From Azolla caroliniana (lineage: Eukaryota; Plantae; Polypodiophyta), in contig JBHGNT010000357.1 in the NCBI GenBank assembly GCA_043228905.1, forward strand, positions 1 through 32,027: a DNA stretch of 32,027 nucleotides, written 5' to 3'. This document shows, piece by piece, positions 21,207 to 32,027 of the stretch; the stretch's first letter is position 1; each line of letters starts with the position of its first letter. The position numbers were made by a program, and so were the translations under genes. The notes under the pieces are model-generated. The model worked only from the letters and a program-made list of their open reading frames with translations, was not told the DNA's origin and made no database searches.

Positions 21207-24200
21207 ATGTCTTCCAAGAGAATCGAGCGCGAGGACTCCAGGTAGGCCTCTGACACTGTGGACATTTTTGTAAATATGTTTCGTTTCTCAAGAACTCGAT
21301 ACGGCGTATCGAGTTCATGTATACAATACAAATATTTATACACGAACTCGATACGCCGTATCGAGTTCGTGTTTAAAGTGTAGGTTTTAAACACGAACTC
21401 GATACGCCGTATCGAGTTCCTGTTTAAAACCTACACTATAAATAGGAACTCGATACGGCGTATCGAGTTCCTTTTTAAAATTCTAACTTTAAACACGAAC
21501 TCGATACGGCGTATCGAGTTCGTGTTTAAAGTGTAGGTTTTAAACACGAACTCGATACGGCGTATCGAGTCCCTGTATATAAGAAGGCTTTGAGAGAGAA
21601 AAATCGTTTATGGGGTGGAAATGATATCAAATTGTCTGGCAAAATCAGTCTTTTTTATGTTGACTTTACTTACTTTTAAAGAAATACATGCTCTAATTAT
21701 AGGGGTTTTATGACCTACTTTAGCTTAAAATAGTAGAAAATGATCTACAAATTGCCTTTACTATGGCAAATTCTCCTCAATATAGGTTTAGAATCTATAT
21801 AAGTCATACCTACTATTTAAAAGAATATATAACCCGTTTTACTTATTACGATATATATTTTCTAGGTTGAATAGCCCTGCCTATAATAGATTTTTGAATA
21901 TGTTACTGCTCCTGGAAACTGTTCTTCATTATAATATACAACTTCAATCTACGTGACTGTCTAACTTATGTTTTTGCATATACTTTCTTAAATAGGTCGT
22001 TTGAGAACCTGTCGGACCGACCCGTGAAGAAAATTAAGCTTCGCATACAAGGTTCTCCAATCGAAGCCCAGACCAAGGTAGCTCCTGAGACCATGAAGAG
22101 AGGAAAAAAGCTTCTCTTTAACGAAGAGACAAAATCTCAGCCACATAGTGATGTTAGCCAAAAGAAACTTGTCGCCGCTACTAGAGGCGAAGACCTTCCT
22201 GACCGAGATCTAACGGACAAGGAATGGTGTATGCAATATGTCGACTCAAAGAAAAAAGTCGTATTGTATACAACAAAGAAGAAGGGTGAGGGGCAACTTG
22301 GAAAAGAAACCCCATTTATGTATGGCCGAATTCTACGATTTGACTACGAAGATGCAGATTCGGCCAACATACTGGTAATGATATAGTGCTCCAAGGGGGT
22401 ACGTAAAGTGTTCCTTTCAGAAGACCTTTTAGTAAAGGAATCTTGTGGGCCTGAAGTGTTCAAAAAAGCACTTGATAACTCACAAAACCTGATTGTTACC
22501 TTGAGGCCTTATATACAAGGCCATGTAACTCTAAGAGATGAAGAGCCCGCCCCCTTGAAGGCCACAAAAAAGTTATCCAAAGTCCAGTCAAGACCAGCCA
22601 AGAAGAAGACAACGAAAATGTCGGATACGGATTCAACAAGTGAAAATGAAGAAGAGGATAATAAGGGGACGCCAGGAGCCGAGCTGGCCTCGGGTGTTTT
22701 GTCATCCGAGCAGAATAAAATAAGGAGAGAGTTAATGCAACGGAAGCTGGTCAGGAAAGGGCAAGTATTTAATTTGCCTATAACACACATCCATCGGCCC
22801 CCTATTGATGAAAAAACAGGTCGAAGACCACTTGAGATTAGAGAGCCTCACCGCATGCATGTTCAAAATCTCAAGAAAAAAATGAAAATTAATCCTCATG
22901 CCACTGTGGTGCCTTTTATTGTTATGGTAGATCCTGAAGAATGTGAAACCATTGAAGATTTTGATATTAGAAAGCATGATCAATATAATTATTTTGTCAT
23001 TGGTGGATCGCATTCAGCAGAGGCACGTCGGCAACTTGTGAGAGAACATCCAACCACTTTCTTCTTCAAGTATGTCGAGTGCAAAATTTATGTTGGGCTC
23101 ACAACCGAAGAGGCTAAGCTATTGGCATGGGACCATAATAATGATAATGACTATAGGCAGAAAATGTCGTCTATTGAGCGTATACGGTTCTTCCACCACG
23201 AGTATTTAGATGTGAAACAAAAGTTTGGTGTGAAGTTACATCCAGGCCTTCGACGTCAATGTCTGCATGAAGTCGGCATTGTGGTAGATGATAATGTCAG
23301 GTCCGATGGTCTTCGAAAGTATGAGTCTTGGTTTCAATTGGCGTTTAGAGATGGAGAAGTATGGGACCTCCAAGATCAAATCTTCTCAATGTGGGAGAAT
23401 AAGGAGGTAAAGGGTCAACGACAAAAGAAATGTAGGGTTGACCCTCAACTAGAATTAAAGTCACAAGCCGCCAAGAAAATTGACTTGACAATTGAAGAAG
23501 CGGCAGACGACATGAAGCTGTCTCTATGGAGAGCGATGCAAGGTATTAAGGACGAGCAGCTTCTTGTGTCGGTTTTGTCAAGGGTTGTGGCGAAAGATTT
23601 AAGCCTTGAAGAAATGGTCACTGAGTTCAATAAGTAAGTCTTTCAAATACTGAAATTGTAGTCTATCTGGTGTAATTCAAAGTTCTAATCTTGATTTCTA
23701 ATTTTACAGTCATAAGGTGTACATGAAGATCCAAGAAGTTATGATGAAACAACTTGGATGTATAACTTGGGAACAAGTGACCGAGGATTATCCTCTAACG
23801 TCTTCGTATAAGGCGTTATCAGAGTATTTTATTGCATTCAAGGATTGGGTTAGTATTCATGTTTTTTCATTACCCTTTCATCATATGTAGAGCTTGTATA
23901 ATAATACCCGATGTCCTATTGCTTCTATTAGAAACCGTGTCGAGGCAAGAAACAAGGAGAAGTTAAGGATATACACGATTTCCCTACATCCTTCCTTGCA
24001 CATCTCGAGCGAGCCAGAAAAGAAAAGGATCGTCGCTTAGTCAAGGCGTACGAAATGGAGGAAGATGGCTCGTTTAAAAAATTTAGCCACAAAAAAGATA
24101 TTACGAGAGATCTTTACTACAATGTGGTTTGCGGTGATGTCATCGACTTGATCCAGAAGGTGCCAAAGAAGGAATATACGCTAATGATTGCAGATATTCC

Positions 24201-25221
24201 TTACGGATTTCGAATGGCTGGGTCATCATACGACGATGAACCGTTTAGGTTTAAACAATTGGAGAAGATGGTCAAGGATTTCGCTGAGCTAACGACCGCA
24301 TCCTTGTGGCGAATAGTTGTCTTTCATAGTATGGACCAAGGGTACTCGGTAGCTCAAGCTTTGAGATCTCGTTGCCATGGCATCGAGAACCTTGCATGGT
24401 AAGGATTATTTGTAGGTGTCTTTCATTATATTGCAATTCTTAAGGTTGTTGAATCTATTCTTAACTCGATGAATTATTTTTTATAGGATCAAGACCAATG
24501 TAAATAGAGGGCCAACTTTTCGGTTCGTTAATGCCATTGAATACATAACGGTTGGCTACTTCGATGAAATTAAAAAACAGAGAATCAAAGAGCATTCTAA
24601 TGAAGTGGGAGGTTCAAATCTGTTGGTATATCCAGCAGTGACTCGGAAATTGCGACATGTCACCACGACAGAACGGGGACTTGTCAACCCATACCAAAAA
24701 CCTCAACGACTTATGATGCGCTTGATCGAGATGTTTTCTGTCGAAGGAGACTGGATATTAGATCTCTTTTCTGGCACAGGTATTCCTCGAACTAGGGTAA
24801 CGATCTTGAGATAACCAATCACTTTTTTTTCGTTTGACAACTAAATCTTCTTGTTACTTACATCATAGGAACTACGTCAGCATGTGCATTGAAGCTGTTT
24901 AGAAATACAGTTGCATTGGAGAAGGACGAGGACCAAGTTATATTTATTAATATGCGGATTAAGGCTTTGTGGGAGTGCCCAGACCAGGATGAGGAGGTCG
25001 GTGCAAAGAACCTCGCCAATACAGAAAGGTTTCAACCTGCTTCGCGAGAGCCTATTCCTCCGTTAGCCGGCGAACCGGGGGAGCTAATAGAGCTTGATGA
25101 TGAGCTTATAGAAGATATTTCGTTGGCTCGGCTAACAGGGGAAACCAATGCACGTATAGCCGAAGACAGTTCTACACAAGATGATGAAGAAAATGACGTT
25201 GATGAATTGATTGCTATGTAA
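21207..25221 (+). CDS. Six-exon gene (~974 codons): ParB/Srx-like domain fused to a beta-class N6A/N4C DNA methyltransferase; one in-frame TAG at 22384-22386 in this copy
   Basis: Exons 21207-21241, 21996-23633, 23710-23848, 23932-24398, 24487-24779 and 24869-25221. All introns are GT-AG and all five joins keep frame (2925 nt). MTase motifs in beta order: VVCGDVIDLI, IADIPYG (motif IV), W|IKTN..EYI, NPYQKPQRLMMRLIEMFS, GDWILDLFSGTG|TTSACALKLFRNTVALEKD (motif I, SAM binding). ParB-like: LPITHI...IREP..HVQNLKKKM....PFIVMV...YFVIGGSHSAEA. Confidence 0.88.
21292..21572. repeat. Six phased 25-bp palindromes GAACTCGATACG(G/C)CGTATCGAGTTC in intron 1 of the MTase gene
   Basis: Copies start at 21292, 21344, 21395, 21446, 21497 and 21548 (period 52, 51, 51, 51, 51). 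AT-rich related spacers occur in both orientations. The last copy has one mismatch. Confidence 0.95.
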
Positions 25222-25641
25222 TAGACTCTATAAAGAATATGACACTGACGATTTGTTAAGATTTCACATTATTAATACAAATTTTGGGTTTTACCTAGTG
25301 GATTCTATTCTTTATAATCATCTATATGTTTCAATTTTATTTTTATATACTTGATTAGTAGATTTATGATATTGGTTTCACCGCGTGCATAGCTGACTAC
25401 CAAACTTATGGAGAAACATGAACTAGCTTAAATGGAGGCTGATTTTGGTCCAAGCTAACCTTAACAGAACATGGCCCTATAATTGTTGCCATGACTGTCC
25501 ATGTTGTTATTATGGATCTTTGTCTTATATTGTTAAAACTATTATGTTTCTATTCCATTGCTGCTTAGATTGTGTAGTGTGTTGATAATGGTTCCAGTTG
25601 CGTTATCGTTCGGAGTTTGATCTTGTGTGAATCACCTAAGC

Positions 25642-25900
25642 AATAGAGTAGATCAATTTTAAATACAGGTATGAATGCCTAATAGGTTTGTTATTTCCAC
25701 GACATTATCCTAAAGTTCACTGCCTTACATTGTGCACAATTATATACACATATGGTTTGATCCCATATGAACAAACTGAGGAATAGATTAGATCAACTTT
25801 TAATATAAGTATTGAATACTTTAATAAGTTAGTTATTCCAATCACTTATCCTAATGTGCACTATCCTACATTTTCCACAATTACATACATGCACGTATGG
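25642..25900. repeat. Diverged ~140-bp tandem duplication in the right arm of the transposon
   Basis: AATAGA(G/T)TAGATCAA...TTATCCTAA...CACAATTA at 25642 and 25782. Confidence 0.6.
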
Positions 25901-26233
25901 GTCAAAGTATAAATTATATCTCATTTTATTAGTATGGATACAAGTACACCTCATATTTTTGTAAAACCTACCTAATTAATATAAGTCTTTAAGTTAGTGT
26001 TTCCCTTGTCGCACAATAGTGCCATATTGAGCCATAGTTGAACTTTATTATGCCTACATTAACTTATCAACATGTCTAAACTTGCATGATTTCTAATGAT
26101 CTCCACTCGTAGATTTATCATGTATTTTTATATTTGCAAATTCTTATCAAGTTGAGGAACATGTGATACTAGTGCATCCAATTATTGTAGAGAGGGTGTA
26201 TTTGCTTCGTTTTAAGAAGATTCTACAAGTGGA

Positions 26234-26269
26234 ATGCGCAATCCTTCCACTTGTGAACGCGAACGTGTT
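26234..26269 (-). repeat. Right TIR
   Basis: ATGCGCAATCCTTCCACTTGTGAACGCGAACGTGTT followed by AGGT. Confidence 0.95.
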
Positions 26270-27829
26270 AGGTCCATAACATGGCAAATAGGTTAAAATT
26301 CGGGAGTGCCATGACTAAGGTTGATTGGGCTTTGATGATACAAGATGCCTATGCACTTCGAGATCTTGGGAAAGTGGCTCATGTTCAACCCTACCTGCTT
26401 GGTGAACCAGGATCTCCCGCCAAACAACCATTTATCTTGATACTTCAAGATCAATAGATGTTGGAAATGTGTGAGCAGTTAACCCTAAACAACTCTTGGG
26501 CAATTGACTTGACATTTAAAACAAACCAATCCGGGCTACCATTATATGCAGTAGTTGCCCCCAACGCCATGGGAATTGGGATCCCATTATGGTACATGCT
26601 TTGTAGTTCTGATAAGGGGTCAAACCATGAGCAAGTCACATTAGAAACTTGTTTGAGAGACATATTCACAAGGATGCCCACGGTGAGGCCAAATGCAATA
26701 GTGATTGATAAATGTTGGACATCATATAATGCCATAACTAATGTAGTTGCAACAGACCGTCAATCTTGGATTGTTGTAAATGGGCAACGGTCGCAAACAC
26801 ATTGTCGACTTCTGTTGTGTCAGTTTCACGCCAAAAAGTCATGGGTGGACAACTTGTTGCCAAAAGTAAGTGCAACTTAGAGAAGCCATCTTTATCAACG
26901 AATGTGCCAATTGATGCAATGCATTACTGAATCCGCATTCAATGCGATGTGTGATGAGTTAAAGGTAGAATATGTAGACAAGCCTGGTGTTTGGCAATAT
27001 ATAGAAGGAGGATGGTGTGGTCTGACATGTGTGTGGGGGAAACTCTGGCCCAAGTTTGGTAGAATGTTCAACTATGCACACGTTGACACTACCAATATTG
27101 TGGAAAGACATTGGCAGTTTATCAAGTATACTGCCTTGAGCGGAAGAATAAACCGATCAATTACCGACCTTCTACATGTCTTAATCAGGGACAGTGAAAC
27201 TGGCACTTGTATAGGAGGAATGGTAATAGAGTGGTACAAGCAACGACAAGAAATATGTGAGAGTGGTTGGTTTGCACCCCGAGCGAATTGTAGGGATCAA
27301 AGGTCCTGACTTAAAAAAGCGGAGAGAATATTGGAAAGGTATGTCGACGATACTTCCACAATGGAAATTATCGACGAGGCCCGATATTGGTTTAGAATCT
27401 TGCACATGACAACTCCCACTCTATGGTATAATGTCTCACTCCAATGTTCATATTGTGATTGCCAAGACATTGCGAGTAAATGTAAGCATTTACTTGGTAT
27501 CCGAATGATTATTGAGAGGCATATGCCACATTTATGTGGCTCATTGCCTTTTATAGATCACGCGACCCAAATGCGAATGGACCATAATACAGAAATAGAC
27601 GTGGAGGCAGAGGTAGAACAGGTTGAGGAGACAAACCCCACAACATCCAAGATTGAATCATTCAAGTCCAAAATACAAACGGTCGTGAAAGCACTTCAAT
27701 GTCTCGAGCAAGGGTTAGGAACCTTTGACCGTGAAACTATTATCGAAGGTATAAAAACATTGGAAGATATGGCTAAGAAGGTGTATCGTGTTGGTGCACC
27801 AAAATCAACCAATGAAGAAGATGGTAGAT

Positions 27830-30800
27830 TGTAAAAAGTAGCGTGCGGAAGCAAGTATGAAGACTGAACAGAAGGAAGAAAACTCAAGTTTAATGGAGAG
27901 CTTGAGCTTACGCAGTATACTCGGGAGAGACAGAGCGAGTGAGAGAGAGAAAACACAGGAACTATATTCAACAGAAGTACACAATCTCTATTCACCACTA
28001 TATACATGTGTGTGTTCATTGAACACTTTTATACAAGTCCTAGAAGGACTGACAAAAGTACTGACAGTACTTCAATTCTCATTAAGAGCTCCTACACTAA
28101 CTCCCAAATATATTCCTCACGGAATATCTTTCCTAACGGCCTCCCGGTTTACGCACCGATCCGGCACTACCTACGCACCGGTCTGCATACCGGTTTACGC
28201 ATTCGGCCTAACCGATCGGTCCCAACTGATCCAGCCGATGTTGAGTTTGTCTCTCAACACTCCCCCTCAAGCTCAACTTGAGGCTCTTCGGGATCTTTGG
28301 GCTCACAGCTCCAGTTCCTCCTGGCTTCACACCTCGCTCGCGCTCCTCGACTTGTTCGACTCCGCGCGCTTCGACCCTTCCGGTCGGTTTGTCTGCTCAT
28401 GTGGCCCTTATCAGCTCTTCTGCTATTGCGGTGTTGACGCTTCTCCTACTGCCTTTTCTTCTGCTTGGACCTCGGTTGATTCAGCGTATCTTAATCAAGC
28501 ATCCGAACCAACTCGGCTACCTCCGATCGGTTTTCGCTCTCATCCGAGTTGGCTGTCTCCAACTCGTCTTCGGTCTTCTCGCCCTCGATGGCGTCATCTT
28601 CCCCATGCGTGGTTGGCTTCGGCTCTCTCCTTCGGCTGCTCCCTTTCTGTCCGCTTCCAGACTTTTCCGCGGGTCCGCCCTCGGCTTCTTCAGCCGATCC
28701 GAAGTCGAACTCGACAACCGACTCGGTGTCGCAGTCTCCGCTCCTTTCCTGCTGCCTTGCTTGGTCGTTCAAGACTGTTCTCCCCCTCAAGTTTGGCACG
28801 TCGAGGTGACGCAATCCGAGCGCACCTGAGAATTGCCGCAACTTTTCCAGACCAAGAGGCTTGGTGAAGATGTCGGCAGTCTGCCGATCCGTCGAAACGT
28901 ACTGAAGTTCGACTTCACTGGCAAGGACACACTCATGGACGAAATGGTAGTACACCTCAATGTGCTTGGTCCATGTGTGGAAAATGGGGTTTTTCGCGAG
29001 CTGGATGCTGCTGAGGTTGTCGCAGTAGATCGACATCGGATCTGACACCTCCTCTTGCAGGTCCTTAAGTAGCCGCTTCAACCATATGGCTTCGCATGTC
29101 ACGACAGCCGCTCCTCGGTACTCAGCTTCGGTGCTCGACAGTGTAGTTGTCGGCTACTTCTTACTGCTCCACGCGATCGCGGCACTCCCAAGGGAGAACG
29201 CGTATCCGGATGTGGATCGGTGATCGGCGGCGTTGCCAGCCCAATCAGCATCGGTGTAGTCGACTAACTGCGCGACTGCACCGGTCCGATATAGCAGTCC
29301 CCGGTCCTTAGTGCCGTTGACATACCAAAGTATGCCTTGCGCACACTGAAGGTGCTCCTCGGTAGGTCGCGCCATGAACTGACTGATCACTCCGACCGGA
29401 TAATTGAGGTCGGGTCGGGTGATGGTCAAGTATATGAGGCTTCTGACAATTTGTCGGAACCTCGTCGGGTCGCATACCTTTCCCGTATCGGGACGAAGCT
29501 TGACGGTTCTGTCTAGAGGAGTCGAGATGGACTTACAGTTGGCCATCCCGAATTTGAAGAGCACACTCAGCATGTAATGACGTTGGCTGATCAACATGCC
29601 TTCAGGGGTACGGATCACTTCGATCCCGAGGAAGTAATGAAGGTCCCCCAAATCCTTCATGTCGAACGATACCGCAAGTTGGAGCTTCACGTGGTCGATT
29701 TCACCTAGGTCGGCGCCGGTGATGACCAAGTCATCAACATATAGTAAAATACTAACCGGTCCAAGTCGACCTTTCCGGATGAACAGGGAAGAGTCCGATT
29801 TTGACGTGACGAAGCCCATCCGACGCAGTCATTGCGTGATCTTCGCGTTCCAGGCACGTAGGGCTTGCTTTAGTCCGTAAAGGGACTTCTTCAGTCGGCA
29901 TACTGCCGAGGAGTTCGTTCCGGAGTGGAATCTGGGAGGCTGTACCATGTACACTTGTTCCTCAAGGTCACCTTGCAGGAACGCATTCTTTACATCCATC
30001 TGATGTAAGTGCCACCCATTCACCGCAGCTACTACGAGCAAAACACGGACGATCGTCATTTTCGCGACCGGCGCAAACGTCTCATTGTAGTCGATGTCGT
30101 GTTTCCGCGCGTAGCCCATTGCCACTAGCCGAGCCTTGTACCGGTTGACCGAGCCATCGGTGTTGTACTTAACCTTGTACACCCACCTACACCCGATCGG
30201 TTTTACCCCTCTTGGTGCGTCAACCAGGTCCCAGGTCTCATTCTCCGCCAATGCATGCATCTCTTCCTCCATCGCGGCGCGCCAATTCGCGTCTTTAGCC
30301 GCTTCTGCGTAGCTCTTCGGCTCACGCACTTCCGCTACACGGGTCATGTACGCATAATGATGCGCCATGTACTCGTTGTATCCGAACCGCAAAACAGGAT
30401 TCTTCTGGTGGGTAGACTGGCGTTATCTCACATTAGCCAATGTCGAGGCCTTCTCGGTCGACGCGGACTTCTCCTTTAAAGACCCATCACCGGTTCCCTC
30501 GGAGTCGGACTCGCGTTGGTCTGACTCGTTCCTATCCATGCCAGTATCCAACACCTTCTTCTTCCCTTTCTCTTTGCACGTAGGCCGTCTCCTCGACTTC
30601 CTACGCGGGGAATGCACGGCCGAGTCTCCACTACTCCCCGGCTCTTCATCTGACTGGTCGTACCGACTCAATCGTCCAATCGGTCCACTTAAACGGAGTG
30701 AAATCGAACTCTCTTCACGGGTCTCGATTTCGGGCTCATCCGGAGGCATCTCGGCCTCGATGACCTCATCGTCAGAGCTCGGATTGGAGTCGGGGTTCGG

Positions 30801-32027
30801 AGTCGGGGGCTGGTACCAAGACGCGGACTCGTCAAACACAACGTCGCGGCTAACACACGCTTGTTTGGTGCGAGGGTTATAGCACTTATAACCCTTCTGC
30901 TTCTCCGAGTAACCGACCAAGATGCATTTCTCGGCCTTTGCATCCAGCTTCCTCCTTTTCTCCTTCAGTACATGCACATACGCAATGCTACCGAACACCC
31001 TCAAGTGTCGCAAGTTCGGCTTCGTTCCGAAATATAGCTCGTGCGCCGACACTTTGTCTCCGATCCGGTTCTGGATGTATACCGCGGTCCTTACCGCCTC
31101 GGCCCAGTAGAACTTGGGCAAGCTCTTCTCCTCCAGCATTGCCCGTGCCGCTTCCACAACTGACCGATTCTTCCTCTCGGCCACGCCGTTCTGCTCCGGC
31201 GTGTATCTACAACTGAATTCGCGCCGAATTCCCATTTGTTGTAGATAACCGTTGAATTGACCGGAAAAGTACTCTTTACCGCCATCCGACCGCAGGCACT
31301 TGATCTTTCGTTCCATTTCTGTTTCCACGAACCCTTTGAGGTCCCGGAAACAGTCGAAGACTTCGCTCTTCCTCTCAATAAAGTAGATCCACATGTGCCG
31401 CATGTGATTGTCGATGAAGGAGACGAAATATCGGCTCCCGCCAAGACTAACGTTTTGTGCCGGCCCCCATACATCGGAGTGTATAAGGTCAAGCTTGTTT
31501 CGGCTCCGGTTTCGCTCGTTTGGGAAAGGAAGTCGGTGTTGCTCCCCGAGTTGGCAGGCTTCACAAATTTGTGCCTTTCGGCCACTAAATTTGGGCAATC
31601 CGAACACTACCTATTTCGATTGCAGATCTTGAAGCCGCTGGAAGTTGACGTGGCGTATCCGCTTGTGCCACAAGTCGATGTCCGACTCGGATTTTTGTCC
31701 CTTCGCGAACATTGCGGTGCCACCGTCAATGGAGTCGAGGATGAACATCCTCCCGTCTCTGCGCCCTTGCGCAATCACACGGCCTTCTTCCTCAATGAAG
31801 CACTCGAGGTGTGTAAACCGAACCTCCATCCCTTGGTCGACAATCTGTCCAACCGAGACCAAGTTCTTCGTGATTGTCGGAACGTGCAACACGTTCATGA
31901 GTTTCTCTTTCTGCCCGACATGGCTAAGGGGAACTTCTCTGACATTCGCGATCGGATGCAAAGTGTCGTCTCCAGTTGCGACTACTCCAAGTTGTATCGG
32001 TTTTTCAAGGTACGAGAACCACTCCTT
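27830..32027 (-). mobile_element. Ty1/copia LTR retrotransposon (5' part outside window); 3' LTR ~27830-28259
   Basis: Minus-strand PPT GAGGGGGAG followed directly by TGTTGAGAG at 28259. The MULE reading frame ends abruptly at TGTAAAAAG (27830). Copia pol lies upstream. Confidence 0.9.
28491..32027 (-). pseudogene. Copia pol (protease region, GAG-pre-integrase, integrase, RT, RNase H) with stops and frameshifts
   Basis: [95 protein letters not shown]. Confidence 0.93.

Larger units (their letters stand above)
17255..26269. mobile_element. 9,015-bp TIR DNA transposon (Sola-like) carrying a transposase and a ParB-like/DNA amino-methyltransferase cargo gene
   Basis: 36-bp TIRs (35/36 identical), TSD AGGT at 17251-17254 and 26270-26273, and excision restores the host MULE frame. 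An alternative parse is a 2-bp GG TSD with 37-bp TIRs. Confidence 0.93.
6590..27829 (+). mobile_element. Putative large MULE carrying Ulp1-like and MULE-transposase genes; boundaries uncertain, right end displaced beyond the window by the copia
   Basis: Ulp1-like gene and MULE transposase are co-oriented, an association known in plant MULEs. The GAGCCCGACT motif clusters upstream of both genes (6699-6750 and 15640-15803). No TIR pair can be verified in the window. Confidence 0.5.
16197..27829 (+). pseudogene. MULE (Mutator-like) DDE transposase with SWIM finger; split by the 9-kb transposon and cut at the 3' end by a copia LTR
   Basis: Removing 17255-26273 rejoins MIPKEV|HNMANRL in frame with ORFs 26458, 26902 and 27331. 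Motifs RCGCTF...HSGH, AIDLTFKTN, IVIDK, LCQFH, TTNIVERHW and SWIM CDC..KCKH. In-frame stops at 16260, 26455, 26878 and 27307. Confidence 0.9.

Noticed and set aside
21390-21400. AACACG next to the palindromes matching the TIR tip, suggesting internal transposon ends
   Set aside because: Only 6 bp are shared, which is too short to support.
21292-21572. CRISPR array (25-bp palindromic repeats with 26-27-bp spacers)
   Set aside because: Spacers are not unique (2 and 5 are identical, 3 is close to their reverse complement), there are no cas genes, and the context is a spliceosomal intron.
22375-22386. Micro-intron GTAATGATATAG removing the stop codon
   Set aside because: 12 nt is far too short for spliceosomal splicing; a nonsense mutation is more likely.
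21207-25221. Bacterial contamination or a restriction-modification operon
   Set aside because: The gene has five frame-preserving GT-AG introns and a TATA box, and lies within a TSD-flanked insertion in a plant-type MULE. No endonuclease partner is visible.
27857-28867. 336-aa + strand ORF as an antisense gene
   Set aside because: It spans the LTR and the antisense of GC-rich pol, has low-complexity composition and shows no domain.

Overview
Eukaryotic (land-plant-like, spliceosomal introns) heterochromatic DNA made almost entirely of nested transposable elements; no host housekeeping gene is visible. Left: a decayed Ty1/copia (1-5785, +) carrying three LTR-derived inserts. Middle: a decayed Mutator-like (MULE) element with a Ulp1-like protease pseudogene (~9437-14984) and a MULE/SWIM transposase pseudogene (16197-27829). 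Four elements sit inside it: a 279-bp TG..CA hairpin element, a young non-autonomous Gag-PR gypsy element (10913-14814) with apparently identical 726-bp LTRs, a 9,015-bp TIR DNA transposon (17255-26269) and a second copia (27830 to window end, -). The highlight is the 9-kb transposon. It has 36-bp TIRs and a 4-bp TSD (AGGT), and encodes a Sola-like/DUF7869-type DDD transposase. Divergently it encodes a six-exon gene for a ParB-like domain fused to a bacterial-type beta-class amino (N6A/N4C) DNA methyltransferase. That gene's first intron holds six phased 25-bp palindromes. This suggests a transposon-borne, possibly self-targeting DNA-modification system. Each of the two genes carries one lesion in this copy. 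All family calls come from motif recognition by eye, not database searches.
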